Numbered from the stretch's first letter, positions 30,001 to 32,971 are shown. The stretch is 64,000 nucleotides of DNA from Anaerolineae bacterium (GCA_016926255.1 JAFGOY010000011.1:70399-134398), one strand, 5' to 3'. The notes: a model not told the origin generated them from the sequence alone. Program-made: numbers and translations.

Positions 30001-31538
30001 GCACCGATTGGGTATACGAGACTACCGGATCGGATACGATGAACTTCACCGGTGTCACTTCCAACCTGACTGTTATCCTGAACAACAATGTCCAGGGTGG
30101 CTATGGTGCCAACACTGCCACTCATCCAGACGACCTGATCGAGGTTGTGATCGGCGGTCAGGGTGACGATACCTTCCAGTTTGGCAGTGACGGGGCCACG
30201 TTTGCCGGAGGTATCGGCCTGCTCAACGGATATGAGGGCAGCGACACCATCGACTATTCGATATACACCACTTCGATAAACGTGAACCTTGAGACCGGCA
30301 GTGCAACCGGACTCGGCGGTATCATCAGTATCGAGAACGCCATTGGCGGCAGTGGCGCTGATACCTTTACCTCCAATGCATTGCTCAATACATTGGACGG
30401 CGGCCCTGGCTATGACCGTGCCTACTGCGTTGACTGCGGTATCGACAATCTGATCAATATCGAGTGGTGGCAGTGCCTGGGCGTTGGCGGTGGCGGTGGT
30501 AAAGTTTCCGGTGTCGAAACGATTGCACTGGTCGACGCACCTGCTCTGCCCTGGATTGTCATCGGCGGCGAGGTCTTTATTCCGCTCAGCCCACTCAGCC
30601 CGACCGTTATCATCAGTGACCGCGTCATTGAGCGCGAAGATGTCGAAATGTTGGCGGGTGACCTGGTAGTTGTTCCGGCAGCGATTGCCGAAGCCGCCCG
30701 GCTGCTGGCGCTCGAAACCATCGATCTGCTGGCTCCGCTTCCCGCCGGGTTGGAATTTGTCTCGGCGCTTGATATTACGCTCTACAACGGTATGACCGTC
30801 CTCGATACGCTGCCCGGCGGCGCGCTGCAAACTATCTCCTTCGCCATCCCGCAGGAAATGGCAGGGCGCGACCTGGTAGTGCTGTACTATGACGCAGCCA
30901 ATCAGCGCTGGATCACGCTCGATGGAACGCAGGTAGACCTGACCGGCGATGTCTTAACACCGTTCACCAGCCTCGTACTGAACCTGCTGTACTGGGATGA
31001 GACGCTCAACAACGGCGAGGGCGGCTGGCTGGCGATCAGCATCCCGGTGGTAACGCTCGCTGGCCTGGACGGTGACTGGCTGATGGCTACATCAGCAAAG
31101 ATTCGGGCCTGGGACAGCGTACTCGGCACCTGGCGCGAACTCGATGCGCCGTTGACACAGGTTCGCATTGAACTCAACGTCGACAACGGACGCCCGTTGA
31201 CGGTTGTCCGATACTGGAATGCTGATCTGAATGATGGGTTTGGGGATTGGGTGACACTCTGCGCGCCGGTCATCGAACGCTATGCAACCAGTGACTCCTG
31301 GCAGAGCATCGACAGCTGGACACTCTCCTGGGACGAAACACTAAACGACGGTACTGGTGGCTGGCACATCTGGCCGGTGTCGCTGCTGGCTCACGGGCCA
31401 GTTGAGAATGGCCTGATCGCCGGTTGGAGTACACTGCCTGACGATCTGGCGCAGACTACTCCGGCCTTCGATATCATCGACGGGCGGGTGGTGGTCTACA
31501 CCAACCTGACGGGCACCTTCGTGCTGGCCGCGCGGTAG
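3..31538 (+). CDS. Giant RTX-type calcium-binding repeat surface protein/adhesin (>10,500 aa, 5'-truncated by the window edge)
   Basis: The frame is open from base 3 (GSGSGPSIFEHF...), so the GTG at 63 is probably internal. Very many GGxGxDxLx/GGxGDDTF nonapeptides, with recurrent DTLDYS/F..VTVDL..G.AT..IENLIGG modules. Strongly D/G/T-rich and K/R-poor. Confidence 0.9.
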   Translation, partial: GSGSGPSIFEHFTGFDADTIVIGLDAVSDVYFKGLENGAAGTSILTSGLPFIEQSVVDLLGLRDNFIPILQEIASKENLTLGALSANMRGLFGDANVAFSYDGGGAGSLPALMLNLAYRVIDDISIPLDVYLEKMVNLSPTPGLENLAEIERLIGVNSAGDVNIHVNALLDLVFGIQFEDDYNGDGSATTDDTDYAPFLYTGAGGSKLTADVNITGSDLDFMAQMGAMTITVQDGSATLNASFETTLSDGDDERVYLLDRGAGTVEDPYRYGIDGSPDYAAFWGEITSQNDAVSVTGTPSAYLHMFNSSGEDIGELEIEISSLENYLNNASPAVSFPTNTVDRDALSAGISVLTLLMNGDVVIDGLELLLDYYQQALNEVVYYPDGRDLIPIIGNALLTEQIAQFVENFKDDLLAYLSYLLPGAEETTVVDIVKDTLWRVFGDSNLTYNDGLGGIYGDLNILGDTDGDGGIDTDDVQVYGDGGLGVCQAGDDACYYEMLLEGAMTVLIPFDLGIPSLKITDFTQSSSDTADPLWVALEFSWALLFSFGVSITDGFFVNTHTDDISSANHTDDDEINIEVRAYIFEAGMTWANLDPDDAGKTGVDLATQPAGAKMWVIPCRVDFSLGPNYSYTILSEGERTNVPILDYPYYAATGILTTENNENNMPGGWDDMPDDPDDEVNADDDSPGTYLYINWSVDLVDPSGEGQLTFTELLSKSTEAEDLVHVTMSDGSGVRIKFDIQTAVDYFVQYLGLDPDTPLIPAMGMSMFITWDLDPNHDVFVQAYHAYVDVGSFISDLIGPFFSVFSNVLQAFDWLLKPTEPDQGLLYLPLPIISDFMGEDYSLIDLILEFDIDPRITLAIKAIDLINRLAWTVLDTVRTDETTGTMRFYYGHFDLLGVTTAAKGTYDASQKVNESSKSMQSADMEGSPDGKPSTSEVIDMLLTAASWVSFPILQDPNTLIYLLMGDYEKITMLSVNLPKLEFDFMFGGEFAIFPPLYVDLHLGFGAAIEMGWGYDAYGLVKMVQSGNPLDLIDCFFLYDVNPETGEDRPELTLYGELVAGASLDVVVAKAGVEGGLVTEVEFNLYDPDGDGRVRMSDFIYIIEESASLFDVSFTGRWYFKAYIEVLWGLWSEELYLGEGTLFELELEQSPVPFLATLNEDTGELRLNIGTNASDRVYYNIDDGDERYYLTQSGGTITIWYDGNNDGDLDDNLQDDFHREYTGVTNIVGYAGNGNDIVRADGIGPDGVTLLGGAVTVPFELRGGLGNDILIGGSGDDEIYGDPGNDEIYGSDGADSLYGNEGNDTLYGNAGHDVLYGHSGNDSVSGGVGDDTINGGENNDLLYGGDGDDTFEFDANWGYDKVDDDGGTDIWDFSSLRADINVFVDNDSGGVARTVAAQLSSPIADESTPPTPVDPDPGDSTSFLAATPASPLSGVSLPLNYVWYEQLGAAPGADGFHIEKFVGGYGSDSFHISYENTVDQATGLPQTMTVTLDGYKGSDDYIVHFNENALVATFNVVINDTGNIWNHDVAIAYGTDLDDDAANNRIINLTEQQVWMDIQAFTYSQNPPGSGDPATIEAVEVYGQDGDDDIYVHSTYGRLAVNGDPAPEKIINALVCGENGSDLVWVGQQYPSYTPGSPPNNIPSAASDDSAITLDDINSQLVVRDGGTDVGSDDWLIIDDSGDINGTEQPGELTDTWLTGLELDYGINYNGQENIELRMGPSADVLDVTRTHDGDTLIYGGWGADIIRLADAVTLRGFIDGADHSDTVDGAGNANDNDTLDYSAYTTPLHFYLDDISMLAGGTVQNGFYGREVGFPGFGYTLDEATLQGWDDAAMTAFEGFFTHINTLIGGAVDMTTGLLHADTLTIDRDLKDTATGDDRAAAIWAIQQVIDGVDVMASTFNTYSHLDDARLIDQILAFLKIETIEAGDEDDTFTLTGTQAGNIYGNADDDAFRFNDGATFDGLLDGSGGGNTLNFKPYTTPIEVDLTTGTALAGGVTTVVANILAIVGGLADDVLTGDNGDNIIIGNGGSDIMTGGTGADIYGFEDGWGINDQVIEATFGDGDTFDFSAQYAALTFDLQSLDGTFANFQAAAVAVVFTIYTVGSALVATDSTNTVTHNGINVENLIGGTGDDDFIFRTDGVLGGTIQGFTGHDTLDYSAYDTARLLHLTGIGTNDGFMGLDETLSGASTTGFDDIDEIVGTAEYDRLTGLDEIATWTVDGTNTYESSTRDLDFSAIDELFGGNQVDTFIVDGDQTEDLRGGLNADIFVFMDDSHLTGNVDGNSGADWLDFSDYNDDLTVVLWTGEAYQTTGPVGVINDGSPGGFTNIMNLIGGQGDDILTGDVWNNIIEGQGGADQINGMEGNDTLIGGDGDDTYHFRPDWGDDVVTEAAGGGNDTLDLSLIDDPLTFEIYAGQIFVSDTLGNSIDHTRAPPEIENLIGGPQDDTFVFVDDDPNARITGTIDGRGHVLGDTLDYVNYTTTAVTVDLSTGAATRTGGIILDSVENIIGGDQNDTLTGDDRDNVITGGPGDDSIDGLLGSDTFDESAATGLDMVVNLITGTSTGNGSDTLASIENVITSDGSDQITGDDNDNTLNGGAGDDTYFFYDNFGTDSIVEAVGGGNDTLNFSNYTTAGALEFAIGNGTIDVSDTLGNSLGGAVGNFENLVGSQTDDLFDFGPNSALTGMLDGADGHDRFDYADYHTAITVNLEDSSATGINGGLANGFFNMEGLIGTTAYDDELIGENIDTQWTQTALDTGTLDSATYTAFDYTDIENLTSGSADDTLTFSGFATPRNVLIYGAGTVDGYRGTETSISGQFDNMDTVDADSTDDLLVGEDTDNVWTITGVNEGDLNGVAFFGMEHLLGGSLTDRFFFQNDAAEITGTITGGDGTDTLDYGGTVADGVTFDVTISLEDFSATAINGGLANGFSDIEYFYGGDADDTLISANVFNQWYVYDTGRGSVAGTVFWSIENLVGGTDRDDLRFEYYGSGRDFVLTDFGTVDGFQGNVPGTLTSFDNMNTLMGTLFDDTITGVDAAVSATTLWSIQPGAVGNIAYTAGPRWFVVNGVENLTGGSADDRFVIDEGGSLAGVIDGGAGYDTLAYAFNATPVTVDLGAGTATATGGIVSASLESVSGGSLPTDTLVGPNDANDWHITANNAGDIDGAGVFDFTSFENLTGGTDADSFIFSDGFGVTGIIDPGAGYDTLDYSDYSTGVTVDLDLLAGTATATGGLVSANLENLIGSPTDDDHLIGSDVNADWHITANDAGDIGGAGVFDFTDVENLTGSSADDTFSFTDMIVLTGAVDGGAGYDTLDMTGYVTAWLVFTLDAEGSLGDSGYAGTVRQYVEATGPLVMESFDNVDALLGSSHPTHDELIASIGNSHWTIQAPPHRYQLDGSASTLDFNFIEEVKSRLASVDVFTITGNLTGTPIELYGGPGIDHFIFNDGAILEGQAVGQGGDDILDFSAFSAANPVTVDLFNKSSSQVIGTVDMFHTVIGGDGDDILIGDNSSNRLVGGPGDDLLAGREGSDVYAFDDGWSTAAGDVIDETLELVGGDTLDFSAVDAGNDLLFDFQPTNMTVTSTGGSLLTYNGTLIENMIGGAGDDTFAFTGTAAIAGMIYGRGHTAGIGDTLDYTAYGSGVTVNLTTGTATGTGGISEIENVLGSAQSDTITGDGSDNDLDGGAGDDTYIFLNNWGIDEVIEAAGGGNDTLDFSAVTLHNLDAVIGVDQLLITGDANSVTHNGTPATAIYVENLIGGAGNDRFALLDGATLAGTIDAQGGTDTLDYTDYSTGVTANLLTRTGDHINGGAADGVVGFENLYGGQGSDTLTGDNGNNVLRGGAGDDTINGGLGTDTFDESTVATTIIVDLTLPAGQATGIDIGTDDLISIENVTTGSGNDTITGNVGANVLTGGAGDDTYIFIANWGSDTLVELAGGGDDTFDFSAAGGATFAFSPTALAVTGTGGSLNVAGLTIENLLGGDNFDTITFAGYTNDIEASLLATSPNPDGFEGTITDALIAFSVDFFDIERLIGGPGYDTLNLMAAGGSVTTGTPYNVYDYDAAGTMYTLQFADFENMVGGAVNIFDIIGNMVGDIVGGSGIDIFRFHNNATLDGSIFGGGGYDQIDLHLYTTAREVFIDALSVPSGFSGRIADILNGTFDQIEEILGSASGADIIHGMNEAADWFIDGTDTYTHAGTGRVLNFSSFENLIGGSDDDTFSFADGSFVSSVNGGVGAGYDTLNLSLSNAVLAFILTALGTDNGFAGTVNGMAFNNLNAAQGGLSVDDSLTGMNAAAEWWIDAINQYRSGGRTLDFVDIEDLIGNANDDMFTFADGASTTGSIDGRGHVLGDTLNYENYTAINPVTVDLSTGLATGVPGGVVLLGVEHLIGGLGNDILTGDNRTNQITGGPGDDTLTGLGGNDTYFFDDGFAGAVVGDTIIEAAGGGTDTLDFSAVDAVTSLLFALGSASLAVTGGGSLAGHAGTFIENLIGGQGDDIFDFGDGAVITGNIDGQGGSDTLDYADYSTGRTVTLTGAGSIDGFTGTEATTIGGTFDNIDDLVGSADVAAVDTLNGRSFTSTWRFDSVAGDSYTDETIGRTIAFQLFDQLNGGSAVDTFAFLNAGTTDANLNGGGGIDILDYSGYGSDVTVTLTGLGAGSTFIGAGSTFVAGATFNNIERLQGSPNNDTIAGMNTATTWTVTAPASTVASGGRTLTIDAAVENFQGGTAVDTFNITSNTSANLFGGAGNDAFVFSNGVTLDGDIDGETGDDLLNFAAFTTPRNIQLAAVGGTDGYQGTEAALTGSFTNINIVRGRTGNGDTLFGIDANSTWLPFERTYNLDTAPGTLLTYQNIDNLQGGTAVDTFEINGAAGGNLYGGSGDDIFDFANGASVTGLIDGEAGNDRLDFTNYLTGRTWTIIGADADGFAGTNAQIGGGFDGIFVLRGSATATNDRLNGANEVAQWMFDADHRYSISGQILLFENIEDLHGADEVDNFDLVNGVHTLNLFGGLNDDTFTFWNTAQLVGVISGEAHVLYDTLDFSNYATGVIVNTAAGTANTITGSFNTIERIIGSDFDDDITADDGPNTIEGGLGDDTLNGAGGDDIYIFRDNWGNDTIIEQVGGGNDTFDFSAVTAAFDLDFDIETDLLYVEDGAGSTVTHNGLAFPAAIYIENLIGGQGNDTFNFEDTAILAGTIDGQGGTADHLNYNGTPGFTGYTTSVTVDLSTGEATGINGAAVGGVTGIENITGGSADDLLTGDAQPNVINGAEGSDTLTGLGGDDTYLFENNYGVDTIVEVAGEGDDTLDFHLVTDALTFTVDLARVFVDDGAGNTATHDGDLLVPAIYVENLIGGTNDDRFVFTDNATIGGNLDGQGGHDVLDLSAYGTFRDVLLTDTGTIDGFQGTELSIGGAFDNVDEIIASATASGDRLTGRNADADWNLDLTPQYVSVNMLDFANFEELHGGTADDTFNIDDDVVYDLYGGDGLDTFVFDDARTLTGSIDGEAGDDTLTYAGYSSGRTVTLTGTGSSDGFDGVEGGTISGTFANIDLLYGSTDNDDILNGLDANANWEINVGDDIYTSTNDLTFAGFEDLYGGTASDTFVFEDTATHSGTLFGEEGSDTLDFSAYSTGRSVTLNNVGTVDGFEGDEGSIIPTDWAFGFTGIDQALGSADPAAVDTLTGCNADAIWLLDATPQYESVNTLDFANFEVLQGGTANDTFNIDDNVAYDLYGGSGLDTFAFGDGFTLTGSIDGQADDDTLDFSVYTSARTVTLTGTGSADGFTGIEPAAILGGTFTNIDVLIGSSDSGADDSLTGRNAPAAWTLGAVHEYTSGGNLLTFSSFEDLHGGSDVDMFVVNTDQALDLFGGAGNDTFDFNNDVTLTGTVDGELGSDTLDFANFATGVSLALTGTGTTDEYQGTVGAITGGFDNIGHAVGSSSAGDDALTGYNEDAVWTINAVNGGTYSGAGIFDFTDFDELYGNVGVDTFQINVAGADFDLYGGDNADSFTFANGATLIGSLDGQAGSDTLNYNAYSTGRTFTLSDVGATDGFTGTETGTISGTFTNIDVLVGSSSAANDRLIGREADTTWIFWVGADPQYVSGNTLTFRQVEDLQGGTYSDTFVFDYVGGVGARWNGTIDGGIDTNGVDTFDFTAYDHRITVNLGAGTGIDLDEGGTPDLVSGGYADIENVFGGSDDDTLTGSDENNIIDGGPGFDIMTGGAGNDTYRFRDGWETDRVIEVAGEGDDTLDFSLVTLDNITANIDSLEQVQVTSAPNGYGILNAGAGVWVPNLENIIGTQLDDDFIFTNNGVLPGYISGREGYDTLDWSAYTSPRQIVLTAPGDPDGFAGYDDEGSIGLTFDGINNLIGSESIEPDWLTGANIDNDWLISSDNDGYVEHTAAYHTDFVSFENLNGGSADDYFTFADDQELSGALDGKGGNDTLDFTGWSTSLGVQMGAGIVYRLPVPPPPTAPDRVIEDGFTDIENVFGPLVGGNVIYGDEFDNILVGSPFDDEIYGLGGNDILDGGSGGNDILHGGTGSDTFRTTVDSDWVVDLNAGTATTGTRTIIFDGIENATTAGGNDEIYGTAGSNIITGGAGDDLLEGRGGDDIYIIEDGWGSDTIVEAAGGGDDLIDASAVTTALDGQVNTTTLEITSGTNRIWHDGTTGVYIESIISGSGGDTFTFANNAVIDGYLDLRGGHDTIDLSAYTTPRQFQLDDTGSINGFDGGEFSITLGFMNIDEIIGSATSSLDYLGGINEIAAWTLDEFNVDGPNTYVVGTYTLVFDNIEQHYGGSEADTFTLKPGTQVGLIVSGAGDDTVIFEDGAAISGRIDGQGGHDTLNFAAYSTSQTVTLTGMGLTDGYNGNNALIGVAGSSFLNIDAVVGSSNDPTNTLVGTDRVTEWRMTEHGSGHDEGTVTDVLTAHNLDFVDFEYLVGGSDYDTLTFEEISDPVHLELTGHGTKDGFSGIETSTTPVPVITGSYTNMNYLRGTDAAGSDSLTGLDENATWTANWPTVKAQYNTDAAPGIVLDFTHIEDYIGGSAYDTLTFAALAASIEVYLTDFGTVDGFAGDETTGVLGTFDNMKRVEGSATGTTDELHGLDAAISALSDWFINPGDDQYSSGGRTLDFVNFEELFGGDGEDWLDYHNYPNTTPVTVDLSSSQADFLGQLAVGFVIGFENIFGGQGNDTLTGDNNANVIAGSGGDDLLTGLGGDDTYLFGPNWGSDTIVETAAGGNDTLTFAATLGSHTVDVGTALLVEIYSDHLDVTAGANSVTELGDAGLSDVENVYGGDGDDIFRFRENGAALAGIIDGQAGSDTLDYSGYSTPVFANLETLATTGANGGAAGGFASFEAMIGGSASDTLTGEDNDNTWTVAGVAQGDVDGFAFQSVENLIGGDAYDTLDFTTNAVDQTINITGMGTGDGFAGDVATTLDSFDNMNGLAANPAVDTTLTGRDANATWDIDGTNQYQSGGRAFDFTDVDNLTGGSGDDTFVFADTITVSGVIDGGAGWDTFDYSDYSTARHITLTAVGGIDGFDGVENNGSIGGGFLNMNGFTGSHAVAPDQLTGAPVDNTWVQSGSNRGTINGSFAYQSVERLEGGAAQDTLSYEGYGTPVNVNLATGVATDISAGFVVPSFENARGGNADDTLTGNDFDNILEGGPGDDLLTGAGGDDTYYFRDGYGGAAGDTVVELAGEGTDMLDFSGVSNVTDLLFDIQSDTVTVTGGASPVVHTGDTLPTPAIYIESLIGGQGNDVFDFANTASVSGLIDGQLGSDTLDYADYTTARHLVVSGPGTLDGVQGSEADTIGLTFDNIDVYTGSSTVGQLDQITGADLPATWTVGPGMHVYTDDGTGQTLILNDVEVYNGGGDVDTFNIDGAQTVDLNGGAGDDHFLMWNAGTINGTAPRIDGQLGSDTLNYSNYGSAISANLATGSGTGINGGAVGGFASIEVLIGSPFGNLIEGSPGPDTIYGTGANDTIYGYGGDDIIYGSGGNDTIYGGTGTDTINYSNATAAVTVNLGTGQATGVSIDTDTLDSIENIVGSPFDDTLTGSSAANRIEGGEGNDTLIGSGGNDTYVFSGDWGDDTFSTTVTPDDGTDTLNFSGVSAAVNYDVTPGGIDVTSGTNSLTYTGTDIELVRGGTGIDTINFNGFAGAVDVQLTALGTNDGFAGTELNSGLSFDNTDVLNVGGAVTSDTLRGMNADATWDISAGTYTNDASTRVLTFTGFDDLYGGSAVDTFNVDAAATADIFTGAGNDVLNIDLNGSLTGSVAFGLGTDTLDYSGYTAGGAAVSLQTMTATGISGGFTGLENFVGSAAGDQLEAADGNHTWTISGVAQGDLDGFTFSSVETLVGRDGDNVLDFGALAGPLDVLLTGSSNHGFIGTETTYGVAFQRIDEIVGSTSTTDVLTGTNNPSTWTFNTTEQYTAYTLGGDHSLDFSDFEVLNGGSGADEFVFFNGATFNGDIDGQDGDNTLDLSNMTTARTVTLSGPGVGFNGFDGTENGLGVGFAHIDTLLGTTLNDTLVGADIAAEWQVQDATTVIYTDTVNTITASDFDILTGGSTADTLSFAALAGPIEVQLTAAGSIAGDGLAGTETSTGYIFDNMDSFVGSAAVDDRIVGPNWATTWTIGTPSTVAIGANDAEFDGANLELIIGGSGADTFIVNGATTLSLFGMAGDDTFTFNGAASVTDVFGGTGTDRFDYSGYGSAVTVDLGAATATGLTGTFDGIEGMIGSLGFDDQLTGPNANTTWRQTGLDSGQLTGGGITFTYTDVETLVGTANVDTLDFSAFTTGRNIELFGAGTVDGYQGTETSISNQFDNMNILVGSPAADTLTGSANPTAFAITGTRAGSVDGLLNFSAIENLVGASGADALSYAAYSAPLTVTLTGFTGGGVDGGDNLSGMTFAGIDTLTGGTGSDTLVGVNADATWTVGAGINVTYAAGTAGLNSFETLQGGSGVDTFNIDGTPAANLRGGAGDDTFNFLTNTTQITGSIDGQDGIDTLDYSALTVPVTVNLATRSADGVTGTVDRIERVIGGSGDDTITGTGGDDTIDGGAGDDTINGGGGNDILTGGAGDDTIYGGNGTDTITGGQGSDTLYGGNGDDTYLYSGNDWGEDHIHEYAGGGSDTVDTSAVTNPLATTFGVGLIIMQDTVVPTNIIYLHDDGLEFVTGTPGDDTFTFADGATTTSTIRGLGGHDILDLSAYTSALDVLLTALGTNDGFAGIERNNGINFDDIDEFIAGTVPGIVDMITGMNVASTWTIDDGGYDYSADGFANTLDFANFEEAYGGSGDDTFNVRNTPTLDLFGGAGDDTFDFDAAADLTGSIDGGADVDTLDYAGFTASGVTVDLSTGSATNVNGGAVGSVTGVEDVTGSAQDDTITGDGNANRLEGLAGEDTIFGLGGDDTLVGGADDDHLFGGTGNDTYEYADNWGQDDVNEAAGEGSDTLDLTGALIGLTIDLYTASLQIIQGLNTIDYIGNALENITGGSGNDVVNFNDDGCGIIGLLDGHSGSDTLNYAAGYTSPVTGNLETAAATGTGGIANFESMVGGSGSDTLIGQDIANNWAVTANDAGTLNGTFAFASVENLIGGAVDDHFAFSDGVRVSGLVDGLDGTDTLDYALFTFANPVNIKLDGVGTVDGYQGETTVSGVIYTLFDNIDAVIGGAGSDSLEGPPMDNVWHLTGPNTGTLNGDFSFTSIENLTGNALSDTFIVDPGASVDGAINGIGGGDTIDFSGYNVPIYVDLGTGLVLINGNPGAIPGGLSNFANVIGGSANDTLIGNSSDNSLYGGAGDDILSGLGGNDILDGGEGNDTIDEHTATNPVNINLTTGTASGIDIGNDTLSNLENIIGGSGNDTLIGDDGDNWITGNEGSDLIDGRGGNDTFDEHNTTQGMNVNLPGGTATTTSGAAYTDTLLSIENAFTGSGNDTLIGDDGDNILGSGNGNDSVDGGAGSDTYDQRFVTLDMFVDLMFGANQSQFGAYVDQLSNIENVTTGSGNDQVYGDDGPNGLNGGPGNDSLYGRGGDDTYYFWNDFGTDWVYETTGSDTMNFTGVTSNLTVILNNNVQGGYGANTATHPDDLIEVVIGGQGDDTFQFGSDGATFAGGIGLLNGYEGSDTIDYSIYTTSINVNLETGSATGLGGIISIENAIGGSGADTFTSNALLNTLDGGPGYDRAYCVDCGIDNLINIEWWQCLGVGGGGGKVSGVETIALVDAPALPWIVIGGEVFIPLSPLSPTVIISDRVIEREDVEMLAGDLVVVPAAIAEAARLLALETIDLLAPLPAGLEFVSALDITLYNGMTVLDTLPGGALQTISFAIPQEMAGRDLVVLYYDAANQRWITLDGTQVDLTGDVLTPFTSLVLNLLYWDETLNNGEGGWLAISIPVVTLAGLDGDWLMATSAKIRAWDSVLGTWRELDAPLTQVRIELNVDNGRPLTVVRYWNADLNDGFGDWVTLCAPVIERYATSDSWQSIDSWTLSWDETLNDGTGGWHIWPVSLLAHGPVENGLIAGWSTLPDDLAQTTPAFDIIDGRVVVYTNLTGTFVLAAR

Positions 31539-31565
31539 ATGCCGACAATCACATTATGAAAATCG

Positions 31566-31590
31566 ACGAGGCGCAACAGCGCCTCGTTTT
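31566..31590 (+). terminator. Intrinsic terminator after the giant gene
   Basis: ACGAGGCGC-aaca-GCGCCTCGT followed by TTT. Confidence 0.75.
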
Positions 31591-31680
31591 AATTCCCCTC
31601 TATGAATATCTCTCGCTGCTCTCTCACAGTTCACCAGGGCCGTTTTAAGGCGGTTTTGCCCGCTTCGGGTAATCTGGGGC

Positions 31681-32757
31681 TTAAAAGCCTTTGACCCCCT
31701 TGTTGGCAACCTTCGAATCTTCGACATAGCGGCGCGGCATGGTCAGGCTGTTCCATCCGCCCGCTTCCTGCAAGGCGAAGGGGTCGGTGCCGCTTCGGGC
31801 GGCGTGGGTGGCCCAGTAGTGTCGACAGTCGTGGGCGCTCAACCCCGCGATGCCGATCTGCTTTCCCAGGTAGCGCACCCGCTTGGTGATCGCCCGCTCG
31901 GTCATCCCGGCACTGGTCAGTTCCCCGCCTTTTCGACTGCTGCGCAGCAGCGGGCCTTTGTCGGGCGCATCTCCGCCCATCATATAGGCATAGGCGGTCC
32001 GGAGCGTGTTGGCGGTCAGGGTGTGAACCTGCTCCTTGTCAACCTTTGGACGGTAAAAGCGCAGTTCACCGGTTTTTAGATCGATGTTCTCTACCTTGAT
32101 CAGCGCGACCTCACCGCAGCGGAGACCGTGTTCGAGCAGCAGGCACATCAGCAGCGCGTCACGCCGTCCCTGGGGCGTATCGGGCTGTTCGCGTAACTGC
32201 ACAGCTTGTTCGTGTGACAGGCGGGTCGGCTCTGACTTCTTATCACCAACACGGGTGACCCGCCGTTTCTGGTCGACGCGCTTGCTTTCTTTGTGGCTGA
32301 ACCCGGTGACCGTTCTGATCATGGCGTGTTCGGAGCCATCAATTGCCCCGGCCTTGAACGCCAGCCCTGCATATGTCTTGACGGTCGACAGGCGAACATT
32401 GACGCTGCCGACCGCGTAGCCGCCGGAGAGCATCCAGCGCTTGAAGCCCTCGACGATGCCCCAGGTCATCCCGTTCCAGGCATCGGGATCGGTTTGCAGT
32501 GCATCTGAATTGATCGGCACCCCGGCGTCGTTGAGAAAATCGGCAAACAGGCGGAGATCGGCTTTCTGGCGGCGGAGCGTGTTTTCGGCGCGACGGCTGA
32601 CGTAGTCGGCGAAAACGCCCTGCGCGGCGGCGAAGTTGGCCGCACGCCCGGCCTGGTGCAGCGCGAAGTTCTCGTATGGGGTCGCCGTGGCGAGCGACTT
32701 TTCCTCTTCGACGATTTCTCCGTGTATGATCATGTCATCGGATGGTGAAGTGGTCAT
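31681..32757 (-). CDS. Tyrosine recombinase/integrase (XerC/D-like), catalytically intact
   Basis: HGLRCGE (R), RPK (K), HDCRH (HxxR), GGW (H/W) and PRRY (Y), plus an N-terminal core-binding domain. Confidence 0.9.
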   Translation of the reverse strand: MTTSPSDDMIIHGEIVEEEKSLATATPYENFALHQAGRAANFAAAQGVFADYVSRRAENTLRRQKADLRLFADFLNDAGVPINSDALQTDPDAWNGMTWGIVEGFKRWMLSGGYAVGSVNVRLSTVKTYAGLAFKAGAIDGSEHAMIRTVTGFSHKESKRVDQKRRVTRVGDKKSEPTRLSHEQAVQLREQPDTPQGRRDALLMCLLLEHGLRCGEVALIKVENIDLKTGELRFYRPKVDKEQVHTLTANTLRTAYAYMMGGDAPDKGPLLRSSRKGGELTSAGMTERAITKRVRYLGKQIGIAGLSAHDCRHYWATHAARSGTDPFALQEAGGWNSLTMPRRYVEDSKVANKGVKGF

Positions 32758-32819
32758 AAAAAGGCGCTTTCTGCTGGAAATTGGATTTTGGTTCCGATTT
32801 GTTTAAATAATCAGCACTG

Positions 32820-32848
32820 ATATTATTACGATACAATCAGGTTGTCAA
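32820..32848 (-). promoter_or_regulatory. Putative sigma70 promoter of the recombinase gene
   Basis: Minus strand reads TTGACA-17 bp-TAATAT. Confidence 0.55.
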
Positions 32849-32871
32849 GCGCATATTTTCGTCCGGGCGGC

Positions 32872-32900
32872 TTGCCAGCTTAGAACGCGCGTGCTATCCT
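32872..32900 (+). promoter_or_regulatory. Putative nurA-operon promoter with an overlapping LexA-like box
   Basis: TTGCCA-17 bp-TATCCT with a TG extension. AGAAC-GCGC-GTGCT (32882-32895) lies in the spacer and is one mismatch from GAAC-N4-GTTC. Confidence 0.55.
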
Positions 32901-32904
32901 AAGA

Positions 32905-32942
32905 TTCTATCCGTAAACTCGCTTCGCTCGTTTCGGATAGAA
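32905..32942. repeat. REP-like palindromic element
   Basis: TTCTATCCG...CGGATAGAA arms enclosing CTCGCTTCGCTC; a related element lies at 53025-53065. Confidence 0.55.
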
Positions 32943-32971
32943 GATCGATATGGGAAGACAGGGAGATTGCT

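Noticed and set aside
92-31273. Many long antisense and alternative-frame ORFs within the giant gene (up to 642 aa)
   Set aside because: Shadow ORFs caused by strong GC codon bias; no recognisable motifs
32800-32830. dif site
   Set aside because: Only weak similarity to a XerD arm, and arm spacing does not fit the 11-6-11 layout
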